Program-made: the position numbers and the translations under genes
The notes under the pieces: model-generated
The model's database searches: none
The model's input: only the letters and a program-made list of their open reading frames with translations
What the model was told of the DNA's origin: nothing
Shown: positions 37,266 through 49,453 of the stretch, one piece after another
Layout of the letters: each line of letters begins with the position of its first letter
How positions within the stretch are numbered: position 1 is the stretch's first letter
Assembly: GCF_964194025.1 (NCBI RefSeq)
Contig: NC_134471.1
Location: 66,588,001-66,652,000, forward strand
DNA: 64,000 nucleotides
DNA from: Convolutriloba macropyga
Taxonomy: Eukaryota
Direction of reading: 5' to 3'

Positions 37266-39004
37266 CGGTCGATAAACAAGTAGATTGAATTAGTCGTTAA
37301 ACCAATTCTTCAATTTAGGCCAATACTTCAAAAAGTACCAATTTGAAAATTTCGAATATCGCATAACCAGATGTTAAAATTTACGTTTCGTGCCTTTACA
37401 TTGGAATGCGCTGGGCTATTTTAAAAGTGTAAATTTGACGAAAATTATGTGTTGTGGAAGCACAGTCACCAGATCGAGCCTTCTGATTAGATAGTCGACT
37501 TCCAACTTTCTTACTGGCAACTGTGAGATTCACAGAAATTAGGACGTTGAAGGGGCGTGGAACAATTGAGTTATTTGTAGTTGCCACGAAATCCCTCGAA
37601 TTTTGTTGCCAGAAACATATCGGTTCTATGCTTCGAAATAGTTATCGGATGCAGTCAAAAGCTCAACTGGTAGAATATCTGATTTTTAAAGAGGAAATTT
37701 TTTCACACGAGGCAAGCTTCATTTTACAGTTGGTTTGTCAGTTCAAAAGTAATATTGCACTGCGAATCCGATTCTGGAGAAACTTATTTGATGGTTAATT
37801 TTGGTAAAACCCAGCTAATTGACATAATCGCTTTAGCCAAAAAACGAGAACTTTTCCAGCTGATCATAGAGTCTCTTAATACTTTTGATTGATGTATTGA
37901 CAGCGCTAAAATGTGCTGACAGTAATAATAAAATTAGACGGGATTTGACTGATTGAAAGAACTAGTGAATAAAGAATGTATGCGTTAATGATGCTGTCTT
38001 AATGAATAATAATATCTCTACAGATGTTTAGTGCTTAGATTAATGTGGTTGATGAAAACGTACTCTATTCGGTGTAATTAATGGTCGTCAACTCCATCCT
38101 ATCTGCTGCACCACGAGGGCATTCCAATTAAGTATTCAAGTGGAATGAACTGGATTGGTGATTCAACAGAATAGGGGGGAGAATACAGCTTCTAATTGGT
38201 TGAATTAAGTACAACAAATAATCCGCACCCCCCCCCCCCCCCCGGACTCCCCACCGCCTCCCCCAAATCAGCCATATTATTCGATGGTTGATGATGATCG
38301 TTGATGATGATGATGATCGCTCTTTATGATGATGATGGTCGTTTGATTCGGTGTCATCTGACATCCAAGTAATAAAAGAGGGAAGTTGTTGAAGCGAACC
38401 TCACTTTTCGTCGAACTGGTGCCTGTTTCTAGCAGACCTGAAACCGTCAATCAAGATCGCAACAAAGGTATATTCAATTGGGAACATATCAGTAACAAAT
38501 ATTGAATTAAATCTCGTATTTCAGATATTTTTGTGGTTCGAAGATTTTGAACCCGGCAACTACAGGAAACTGATCACGAAGAGGAAGAAAGTGTTAGCTG
38601 TTCTTATTCTTTTTGTTTAATGAAAAAGAAAACGCCAAGTGCCCGCACAAAAACATGCATAAATGTATTTTTTAATAGCGGCCTCAGGTTCTCAGCCGAT
38701 ACCCTGGCAAATTCGAGCGCAGTTTAAGGAAATCAATTCTAATTTTGAGTGACGAGACTAACAAAACCTCTTTGAAAACATTGTTTTACTGTGATAAATC
38801 TCTAGGTGCTGATCTATTGGAATACTGAATAAACGCTGCAATTATCTTTTGATGAAGGTTTTCCGGCAGATTTTTGCTACACTGTAATCTTAAAGCGTGC
38901 CGCGTAAAAGCAGTTTTAAAACAATTTAAACAACCAAAGTGCGTTAAGGTGGGTGAAAAATGACTATCAATATATCTGCTGTATTAGATATCTCAAATGT
39001 CCGA

Positions 39005-40093
39005 CGCCGTTTTGCTATCATCAGGCTTCGTCCCGCTTTGAGGTCAATCAAGCACAATTGTATCTTATGTCGTAAGCGTAGTGCAGACACAGTGAAGCCA
39101 ATGATGGCGGATCTACCAGTCGAGCGTCTGTCCTATGGTAATCCACCTTTCTCCAACTCAGGGATAGACAACTTCAGACCGTTCTATGTCGCCGTCAAGC
39201 GTTCAACTGAGAAGCGCTGGGGGTTCGTTTTCACGTACCTTACAACTCGAGCGCTCCACATTGAAGTCGTAAATTCTATGGATACCACCTCTTGTGTTAT
39301 GGGCATAGAAAGATTCATCGCACGAAGAGGGACACCGCAAGTTCTATGGTCAGGCAATGGAACAAACTTTACTGGTGCGGTGAAAGAGTTGTCAGCTTGC
39401 TTTAAAGCTTTGAACCAACGTGCGATTGCCAGCAAAATGTCACAGAAAGGTATTAAGTGGCACTTTAACCCTCCATCTTCCCCCCATCATGGTGGTTCGT
39501 GGGAACCCATGGTACTGAGTGTCAAACGGACATTCTACGCTGTACTCGGTAACCGCCGGTTGACTGATGAGGTGCTCCAAACAACATTCTGTCTAGTTGA
39601 AATGACGCTCAACAACCGGCCGCTCACTTCTGTAAGCAATGATCCATCAGAAATGGACGCAATTACTCCAAATCTTTTCCTTCTCGGGTTCCGTCCTAGT
39701 ATGCTCCCTTCATTAGTTGAAAGTGACGATTTTGATCACAGAAAGCGTTACGTCCGGGCGCAATCAAATGCCGACTCAATTTGGAAACGATGGTTGGATG
39801 AGTACGTACCGGCTTTGAGTCGTCGTAGTAAATGGTCAAAATCCGCTTCAGATGAGCTAAAAACAGGAGATCTGGTATGGCTCACCGAAGACTCATCTCC
39901 CAGAGGCCATTTTCCTCTAGGACGTATCGAAAAACTTCGCTTTGGTGACGACGGCTTTGTTCGTTCCGCCGAAATAAGAACTAAGTCCCGTAACTATGTT
40001 AGACCCGTTGTAAAATTGATTCCAGTTTTTGGTACACCACTTTTGGGGCCGGAGGATGTTGTGAAAACAAATAAATGTAAGCGAGAAATGTAA
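39005..40093 (+). pseudogene. Bel/Pao integrase, 5'-truncated, second catalytic Asp lost
   Basis: C..C, GID, F...TTRA.H.E, FIARRG.P and GG.WE motifs are present. SDNGTNF reads SGNGTNF. The first 14-15 codons of ORF 38960 come from flanking DNA. Confidence 0.88.
40045..40056 (+). promoter_or_regulatory. Polypurine tract before LTR1
   Basis: ggggccggagga lies immediately before TGTT. Confidence 0.8.
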
Positions 40094-40638
40094 GCAAGAG
40101 GTGTATGCAGCGACAAAAGTAAGTGAGTATATTTAAATTGTATGCGTAACAAAACAAGTAACCATAGCAGAGTTAGTATAGCACTGTACTCTCAATCTAT
40201 GGACCGGTGGTTCGAGCCCCCACCATGTCGAACCTTAGGAAGCAAACTCCGTATTCTAATACATGTGCCTTGAGCAACGAACCGTTTGAGAGCGGTTTTA
40301 AGCTAAACTAGCCCAATTTAGACTAAGATGACTTAGATATAAATTTCTTAGACTAACAACACGCATTGAATGGTTTAACTCTAAGGCCAAAGCAATGCCA
40401 AATTACGTCACACATGAGCTGAATTGACCTTTATTGGCTCACAAAAGGCTAACAGGTCTTGTCTAGCCTTTTTGCCGCCAGTGTTACTTTAGATATCTTA
40501 TGTATACGTTCGAGGAGGTTTGTTATGTGTGATCGAATAAGAGCTTATCGTTGAAAATACGTATTGTTATCTTGAATAAAGATTGTTCTATGACCGTTTT
40601 TCTGTAGTTCCAGTCTTAGACGTTATCTAGCTCGAATA
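40057..40638 (+). repeat. LTR1 (582 bp)
   Basis: Direct repeat of 51361-51942 with roughly 22 substitutions counted by eye. Starts TGTT, ends GAATA, and has AATAAA near the 3' end. Confidence 0.93.
40158..40280 (+). promoter_or_regulatory. tRNA/SINE-like Pol III A-box and B-box module inside the LTR (also at 51462-51584)
   Basis: A-box-like TAGCAGAGTTAG (40165) and B-box GGTTCGAGCCC (40209) sit at tRNA spacing. T-arm-like stem GGTGG/CCACC is present. There is no acceptor stem. Confidence 0.55.
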
Positions 40639-40641
40639 TTT

Positions 40642-40658
40642 TGGTCCGCAGACACGGA
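40642..40658 (+). promoter_or_regulatory. Primer-binding site (tRNA-Tyr-like)
   Basis: TGGTCCGCAGACACGGA lies 3 nt after LTR1 and is 15/17 identical to the tRNA complement at 49451. Confidence 0.85.
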
Positions 40659-40696
40659 AGTAATCGGGTAGGGGATTACATCGTCCGCTTTACGTC

Positions 40697-41418
40697 AACT
40701 TCTGGCGCACAGAGGCTGGGTCAGTGACCGCTATCGGAACTTTTGAGACACAGAGGCTGGGTCAGTGACTACTATTGGAACTTCTGGTGCACAGAGGCTG
40801 GGTCAGTGATTACTATTGGAACTTCTGGCGCAGAGAGGCTGGGTCAGTGACCGCTATCGGCACTTTTGAGACACAGAGGCTGGGTCAGTGACTACTATTG
40901 GAACTTTTGGCGCACAGAGGCTGGGTCAGTGATTACTATTCGAACTATTGGCGCACAGCGGCTGGGTCAGTGACTACTATTGGTACTTTTGGCGCACAGA
41001 GGCTGGGTCAGTGACTACCATTGGAACTCTTGGCGCACAGAGGCTGGGTCAGTGACTACTATTGAAACTTCTGGCGCACAGAGGCTGGGTCAGTGACTAC
41101 TATTGGAACTTCTGGTGCACAGAGGCTTGGTCAGTGACTACCACTGGAACTTCGGGCACACAGAGGCTGGGTCAGTGACTACTATTGGCACTTCTGGCGC
41201 AGACAGGCTGGGTCAGTGACTACTATTGGAACTTCTGGTGCACAGAGGCTGGGTCAGTGATTACTATTGGAACTTCTGGCACACAGAGGCTGGGTCAGTG
41301 ACTTTTATTGGTACTTCTGGTGCACAGAGCCCGGGTGAGTGACTGCTATTGGTCTTGTGGCGAACAGAAGCTGGGTCAGTGACTGTTTTTGGTCTTCTGG
41401 CACACAGAGGATTGGTCA
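40697..41418. repeat. 41-bp minisatellite, about 17 copies, in the element's 5' leader
   Basis: Unit cacagaggctgggtcagtgactactattggaacttctggcg; period 41 (40711 to 40752). Confidence 0.95.
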
Positions 41419-41570
41419 TTCGTTTAGACAGTGTCATCTGTGGCAGGGAAGTGTGGAAAAACTGTAAGACAAAACTTTAGTCTTCAAAGTAAATTCTATC
41501 TCTATTTGGTGCTTCTTATATTGACACTGGCGGCAGACCTCAACTTAGACAAAAGTAACTGAAAAAGTTA

Positions 41571-44500
41571 TTGAGTGCTCAATTAGCCGAATAACTTCGG
41601 GTGCTCAATTAGCCGAAAAACTTGGGTGCTCAATTAGCCGAATAACTTGGGTACTCAATTAGTCGAATAACTTTGGGTGCTCAATTAGCCGAATAACTTT
41701 GGTCGATCAATTAGCCGAATAACTTTGGTGCTCAATTAGCCGAATAACTTTGGGTGCTCAATAAGCCGAATAACTTGGGTGCTCAATTAGCCGAATAACT
41801 TTGGGTGCTCAATTAGCCGAATAACTTTGGGTGCTCAATTAGCCGAATAACTTGGGTGCTCAATTAGCCGAATAACTTTGGGTGCTCAATTAGCCGAATA
41901 ACTTTGGTCGATCAATTAGCCGAATAACTTGGGTGCTCAATTAGCCGAATAACTTTGGGTGCTCAATAAGCCGAATAACTTGGGTGCTCAATTAGCCGAA
42001 TAACTTTGGGTGCTCAATTAGCCGAATAATTTGAGTGCTCAATTAGCCGAATAACTTTGATTGCTCAATTAGCCGAATAACTTTGGGTGCTCAATTAGCC
42101 GAATAACTTTGGTTAATCGATTAGCCGAATAACTTGGTTGATCAATTAGCCGAATAACTTTGTTGCTCAATTAGCCGAATAACTTTGGGTGCTCAATTAG
42201 CCGAATAACTTTGGGTGCTCAATTAGCCGAATAACTTTGGGTGCTCAATTAGCCGAATAAATTTGGTTGCTCAATTAGCCGAATAACTTGGGTGCTCAAT
42301 TAGCCGAATAACTTTGGGCGCTCAATTAGCCGATTAACTTCCGATGCTCAATTAGCCGAATAACTTGGGTGCTCAATTAGCCGAATAACTTGGGTGCTCA
42401 ATTAGCCGAATAACTTTGGGCGCTCAATTAGCCGAATAACTTTGGTCGATCAATTAGCCGAATAACTTGGGTGCTCAATTAGCCGAATAACTTTGGGTGC
42501 TAAATTAGCCGAATAACTTTGATTGCTCAATTAGCCGAATAACTTGGGTGCTCAATTAGCCGAATAACTTCGGGTGCTCAATAAGCCGAATAACTTGTGT
42601 GCTCAATTAGCCCAATAACTTTGGGTGCTGAATTAGCCGAATAAGTTTGGTCGATCAATTAGCCGAATAACTTGGGTGCTCAATTAGCCGAATAACTTTG
42701 GTCGATCAATTAGCCGAATAACTTTGGTGCTCAATTAGCCGAATAACTTTGGGTGCTCAATAAGCCGAATAACTTGGGTGCTCAATTAGCCGAATAACTT
42801 TGGGTGCTCAATTAGCCGAATAACTTTGGGTGCTCAATTAGCCGAATAACTTGGGTGCTCAATTAGCCGAATAACTTTGGGTGCTCAATTAGCCGAATAA
42901 CTTTGGTCGATCAATTAGCCGAATAACTTGGGTGCTCAATTAGCCGAATAACTTTGGGTGCTCAATAAGCCGAATAACTTGGGTGCTCAATTAGCCGAAT
43001 AACTTTGGGTGCTCAATTAGCCGAATAATTTGAGTGCTCAATTAGCCGAATAACTTTGATTGCTCAATTAGCCGAATAACTTTGGGTGCTCAATTAGCCG
43101 AATAACTTTGGTTAATCAATTAGCCGAATAACTTTGGTGCTCAATTAGCCGAATAATTTGAGTGCTCAATTAGCCGAATAACTTTGATTGCTCAATTAGC
43201 CGAATAACTTTGGGTGCTCAATTAGCCGAATAACTTGGGTGCTCAATTAGCCGAATAACTTCGGGTGCTCAATAAGCCGAATAACTTGTGTGCTCAATTA
43301 GCCCAATAACTTTGGGTGCTGAATTAGCCGAATAAGTTTGGTCGATCAATTAGCCGAATAACTTGGGTGCTCAATTAGCCGAATAACTTTGGTCGATCAA
43401 TTAGCCGAATAACTTTGGTGCTCAATTAGCCGAATAACTTTGGGTGCTCAATAAGCCGAATAACTTGGGTGCTCAATTAGCCGAATAACTTTGGGTGCTC
43501 AATTAGCCGAATAACTTTGGGTGCTCAATTAGCCGAATAACTTGGGTGCTCAATTAGCCGAATAACTTTGGGTGCTCAATTAGCCGAATAACTTTGGTCG
43601 ATCAATTAGCCGAATAACTTGGGTGCTCAATTAGCCGAATAACTTTGGGTGCTCAATAAGCCGAATAACTTGGGTGCTCAATTAGCCGAATAACTTTGGG
43701 TGCTCAATTAGCCGAATAATTTGAGTGCTCAATTAGCCGAATAACTTTGATTGCTCAATTAGCCGAATAACTTTGGGTGCTCAATTAGCCGAATAACTTT
43801 GGTTAATCAATTAGCCGAATAACTTGGTTGATCAATTAGCCGAATAACTTTGTTGCTCAATTAGCCGAATAACTTTGGGTGCTCAATTAGCCGAATAACT
43901 TTGGGTGCTCAATTAGCCGAATAACTTTGGGTGCTCAATTAGCCGAATAAATTTGGTTGCTCAATTAGCCGAATAACTTGGGTGCTCAATTAGCCGAATA
44001 ACTTTGGGCGCTCAATTAGCCGATTAACTTCCGATGCTCAATTAGCCGAATAACTTGGGTGCTCAATTAGCCGAATAACTTGGGTGCTCAATTAGCCGAA
44101 TAACTTTGGGCGCTCAATTAGCCGAATAACTTTGGTCGATCAATTAGCCGAATAACTTGGGTGCTCAATTAGCCGAATAACTTTGGGTGCTAAATTAGCC
44201 GAATAACTTTGATTGCTCAATTAGCCGAATAACTTGGGTGCTCAATTAGCCGAATAACTTCGGGTGCTCAATAAGCCGAATAACTTGTGTGCTCAATTAG
44301 CCCAATAACTTTGGGTGCTGAATTAGCCGAATAAGATTGGTCGATCAATTAGCCGAATAACTTGGGTGCTCAATTAGCCGAATAACTTTGGGTGCTCAAT
44401 TAGCCGAATAACTTTGGGTGCTCAATAGGCCGAATAACTTGGGTGCTCAATTAGCCGAATAACTTTGGGTGCTCAATTAGCCGAATAACTTTGGTCGATC

Positions 44501-47500
44501 AATTAGCCGAATAACTTGGGAGCTCAATTAGCCGAATAACTTTGGGTGCTCAATAAGCCGAATAACTTGGGTGCTAATTTAGCCGAATAACTTTGGGTGC
44601 TCAATTAGTCGAATAACTTTGGATGCTCAATTAGCCGAATAACTTTGATTGCTCAATTAGCCGAATAACTTTGGGTGCTCAATTAGCCGAATAACCTTGG
44701 TTGATCAATTAGCCGAATAACTTGGGTGCTCAATTAGCCGAATAACTTTGGGTGCTCAATTAGCCGAATGATTTTGGGTGCTCAATTAGCCGAATAACTT
44801 TGGGTGCTCAATTAGCCGAATAACTTTGGTTGCTCCGTTAGCCGAATAATTTGGGTGCTCAATTAGCCGAATAACTTTGGGCGCTCAATTAGCCGATTAA
44901 CTTCGGGTGCTCAATTAGCCGAATAACTTGGGTGCTCAATTAGCCGAATAACTTGGGTGCTCAATTAGCCGAATAAATTTGGGCGCTCAATTAACCGAAT
45001 AACTTTGGTCGATCAATTAGCCGAATAACTTGGGTGCTCAATTAGCCGAATAACTTTGGGTGCTCAATAAGCCGAATAACTTGGGTGCTGAATTAGCCGA
45101 ATAACTTTGGGTGCTCAATTAGCCGAATAACTTTGGGTGCTCAATAAGCCGAATAACTTTGATTGCTCAATTAGCCGAATAACTTTGCGTGCTAAATTAG
45201 CCGAATAACTTTGGTTGATCAATTAGCCGAATAACTTGGGTGCTCAATTAGCCGAATAATTTTGGGTGCTCAATTAGCCGAATAACTTTGGGTGCTCAAT
45301 TAGCCGAATAACTTTGGTTGCTCCGTTAGCCGAATAACTTGGGTGCTCAATTAGCCGAATAAATTTGGGCGCTCAATTAGCCGATTAACTTCGGGTGCTC
45401 AATTAGCCGAATAACTTGGGTGCTCAACTAGCCGAATAACTTGGGTGCTCAATTAGCCGAATAACTTTGGGCGCTCAATTAACCGAATAACTTTGGTCGA
45501 TCAATTAGCCGAATAACTTGGGTGCTCAATTAGCCGAATAACTTTGGGTGCTCAATAAGCCGAATAACTTTGGGTGCTCAATTAGCAGAATAACTTTGGG
45601 TGCTCAATTAGCCGAATAAGATTGGTCGATCAATTAGCCGAATAACTTGGGTGCTCAATTAGCCGAATAACTTTGGGTGCTCAATTAGCCGAATAACTTT
45701 GGGTGCTCAATAGGCCGAATAACTTGGGTGCTCAATTAGCCGAATAACTTTGGGTGCTCAATTAGCCGAATAACTTTGGTCGATCAATTAGCCGAATAAC
45801 TTGGGAGCTCAATTAGCCGAATAACTTTGGGTGCTCAATAAGCCGAATAACTTGGGTGCTAATTTAGCCGAATAACTTTGGGTGCTCAATTAGTCGAATA
45901 ACTTTGGATGCTCAATTAGCCGAATAACTTTGATTGCTCAATTAGCCGAATAACTTTGGGTGCTCAATTAGCCGAATAACCTTGGTTGATCAATTAGCCG
46001 AATAACTTGGGTGCTCAATTAGCCGAATAACTTTGGGTGCTCAATTAGCCGAATGATTTTGGGTGCTCAATTAGCCGAATAACTTTGGGTGCTCAATTAG
46101 CCGAATAACTTTGGTTGCTCCGTTAGCCGAATAATTTGGGTGCTCAATTAGCCGAATAACTTTGGGCGCTCAATTAGCCGATTAACTTCGGGTGCTCAAT
46201 TAGCCGAATAACTTGGGTGCTCAATTAGCCGAATAACTTGGGTGCTCAATTAGCCGAATAAATTTGGGCGCTCAATTAACCGAATAACTTTGGTCGATCA
46301 ATTAGCCGAATAACTTGGGTGCTCAATTAGCCGAATAACTTTGGGTGCTCAATAAGCCGAATAACTTGGGTGCTGAATTAGCCGAATAACTTTGGGTGCT
46401 CAATTAGCCGAATAACTTTGGGTGCTCAATAAGCCGAATAACTTTGATTGCTCAATTAGCCGAATAACTTTGCGTGCTAAATTAGCCGAATAACTTTGGT
46501 TGATCAATTAGCCGAATAACTTGGGTGCTCAATTAGCCGAATAATTTTGGGTGCTCAATTAGCCGAATAACTTTGGGTGCTCAATTAGCCGAATAACTTT
46601 GGTTGCTCCGTTAGCCGAATAACTTGGGTGCTCAATTAGCCGAATAAATTTGGGCGCTCAATTAGCCGATTAACTTCGGGTGCTCAATTAGCCGAATAAC
46701 TTGGGTGCTCAACTAGCCGAATAACTTGGGTGCTCAATTAGCCGAATAACTTTGGGCGCTCAATTAACCGAATAACTTTGGTCGATCAATTAGCCGAATA
46801 ACTTGGGTGCTCAATTAGCCGAATAACTTTGGGTGCTCAATAAGCCGAATAACTTTGGGTGCTCAATTAGCCGAATAACTTTGGGTGCTCAATTAGCCGA
46901 ATAACTTTGGGTGCTCAATAAGCCGATTAACTTTGATTGCTCAATTAGCCGAATAACTTTGCGTGCTAAATTAACCGAATAACTTTGGTTGATCAATTAG
47001 CCGAATAACTTGGGTGCTCAATTAGCCGAATAACTTTGGGTGCTCAATTAGCCGAATAACTTTGGGTGCTCAATTAGCCGAATAACTTTGGGTGCTCAAT
47101 AAGCCGATTAACTTTGATTGCTCAATTAGCCGAATAACTTTGCGTGCTAAATTAACCGAATAACTTTGGTTGATCAATTAGCCGAATAACTTGGGTGCTC
47201 AATTAGCCGAATAACTTTGGGTGCTCAATTAGCCGAATAACTTGAGTGCTCAATTAGCCGAATAACTTGGGTGCTCAATTAGCCGAATAACTTTGGGTGC
47301 TCAATTAGCCGAATAACTTTGGTCGATCAATTAGCCGAATAACTTGGGTGCTCAATTAGCCGAATAACTTTGGTTGCTCAATTAGCCGAATAACTTGGGT
47401 GCTCAATTAGCCGAATAACATTAGGCGCTCAATTAGCCGAAAAATCTCCTAGTGTTCAATTAGCCGAGAAATTTCCTAGTGTTCAATTAGCCGAAAATTT

Positions 47501-47524
47501 TCCTTGTGTTCAATTAGCCGAAAA
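41571..47524. repeat. 25-26-bp satellite array, about 230 copies, with higher-order duplications
   Basis: Unit gctcaattagccgaataact(t)tgggt. Variant monomers recur at fixed long periods. Confidence 0.97.
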
Positions 47525-49453
47525 GGAACCCCCAGCGCTTCTCAGCTGAACGCTTGACGGCGACATAGAACAGTCCGAAGTAGTCTATCCCTGAGTTGGA
47601 GAAAGGTGGATTACCATAGGACAGACGCTCGACTGGTAGATCCGCCATCATTGGCTTCACTGTGTCTGCACTACGCTTACGACATAAGATACAATTGTGC
47701 TTGATTGACCTCAAAGCGGGACGAAGCCTGATGATAGCAAAACGGCGCTGGATGAAAGCTCGTAAGAATTCAACACCTTCGTGGTGGTTTTCCAGGTGTG
47801 CCTTCAAAAGAAACAATTTTACTGCAGGATGACGGCTATCTAAATTAATGGGGTGTTTGAGATCATAGTCCGCCTCGATCAAACGTTTCAATCGGCCGGT
47901 TGATCTAATCAAGGCATTTGGGCCAATGAGGGGCGAGAATGGTGCGATGCGAACCTTCTTGTTAATTTGTTTACCATCAAAAAGAAGTTTTTGTTCAACT
48001 GGGAATGATTCCAACTGCATGAGAAACTGAAGCTTAGCCTCAGCAACTCGAAGTTCATCAGGATTGCAAATATTGCGGTCTGGTGTACGATATGAAGCAT
48101 GTTTGGGGAGTATACGGAGGAGATAGGCTGTATTTCGAACTAGTTTGTTGAAAGAACTGTACCTATCAAAGTCAAATATTTTCTCAGGTTGCATTGTATT
48201 GCCGGCAAACGCCATTTGTGGCTCAGTTACATCCTTTTGTGAATTGTGCAAGAATTGTTTTGTTTGAAGGCTATCTCTTTTGCTTGTACTGGGTTGAAAA
48301 GGGAAGTGAGAAGTCAAGAAAAAGCTTGGCCCTTATAGCCAACTGCTTGTTCTTAAGTTTTCAGCTGACATGCCTCTTGTTCCAGCATCTGCTGGGTTGT
48401 CTGCAAATGGCACATGGAACCATTGATCAACAGTTGTTGACTCTAGAATTTCAGAAACTCTGTTAGCAACAAATATAGGTTGCTTGTCAAGTGAACCCAG
48501 CCACTGCAGGACAGTGTTGCTATCAGTCCTCATAAAGACTCTGCTCAAAGGAATTGTTAGGGCTTTAATTATGTCAACTTTCAATCGTGTCGCCAAGAGG
48601 GCGGCCTGTAACTCTAGTTTAGGAACTGTTAAGCACTTCATGGGGGCAACCCTCGCTTTCCCTAGAACAAAAGCAATTTCAGAGCGTCCACTACTTCCTG
48701 ATTTTACTCTGACCCTGAAGCAACTGAGCTAAAAATATCCTGAAAGCTGTCTACGAAAACGTGGAGCTCCAGTTGATCAAAAACCCCGGAGAAGAAAATT
48801 CTAGGGATAGTTAAGTTGCATAAGTTAGGCAGATCTGAACTCCAGATTTTGAACCTATTCATCATTTCAATGGGCAGGGTGTTGTCCCAGTTTTGGCCAC
48901 TCAGTCTCCAAATGTCCTTCAACAATAGTCGAGCAGTAATCGTGAGTGACGCGACCAACCCAATGGGGTCGAAGATTTTTGCTACTAAGCTAAAGACTAA
49001 GCGTTGCGTGACTTTGTTGCTTTCGTTACACTTCGTGCCTCGACTAACGACTAAGGTATCCTTTCGATGGTCCCATTTTAGACCCAGAACATATGAAGAA
49101 CCTTCTTCATCAGAAACTGAGATCACTTTAGGTTTGCATAAATGATCATTGTTTTCGATTTCATCCAGTAAGTGTGGTGTGTTACTTATAAATTTTGTTA
49201 GCTTGAATCCTCCTAACTTCAATAACTCAACTAACTTCTTGGACCTACTTAGTGCTTCGTGTGGTGTTTCTAGAGAATCCAAATAGTCGTCCATATAATA
49301 TGTATCTAATACAGCTTGCGCAGCATCGGGGAACTTACGAATGTTGTCTTTTGCTGTTTTCTGAAGCGCAAAGTTCGCGCAAGTTGGCGAATCCTTCGCA
49401 CCGAATATATGTCGGCTGTATTGGTATACCATCACTTCTGATGATGGGTCTGG
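47520..49453 (-). pseudogene. Inverted Bel/Pao pol segment (RT to integrase N-terminal part)
   Basis: ORFs 48704-49435, 48333-48641 and 47514-48317 are consecutive pol pieces separated by a frameshift and a stop. Confidence 0.93.

Noticed and set aside
38989-38994. tatctc as a target-site duplication matching 51943-51948
   Set aside because: The 5' LTR is missing and tatctc recurs several times in the flanking repeat, so the match is not diagnostic.
38960-40093. 377-aa ORF as an active or domesticated integrase gene
   Set aside because: The start comes from flanking DNA by chance, the HH part of the zinc finger is missing, and a catalytic Asp is mutated.
40158-40231. Functional tRNA-Glu(CTC) gene in the LTR
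   Set aside because: There is no acceptor stem, the anticodon stem is poor and the T-loop is oversized. It is reported only as a tRNA-derived module.
40697-47524. CRISPR-like array
   Set aside because: The units are head-to-tail tandem repeats with no unique spacers, there are no cas genes, and the context is eukaryotic.
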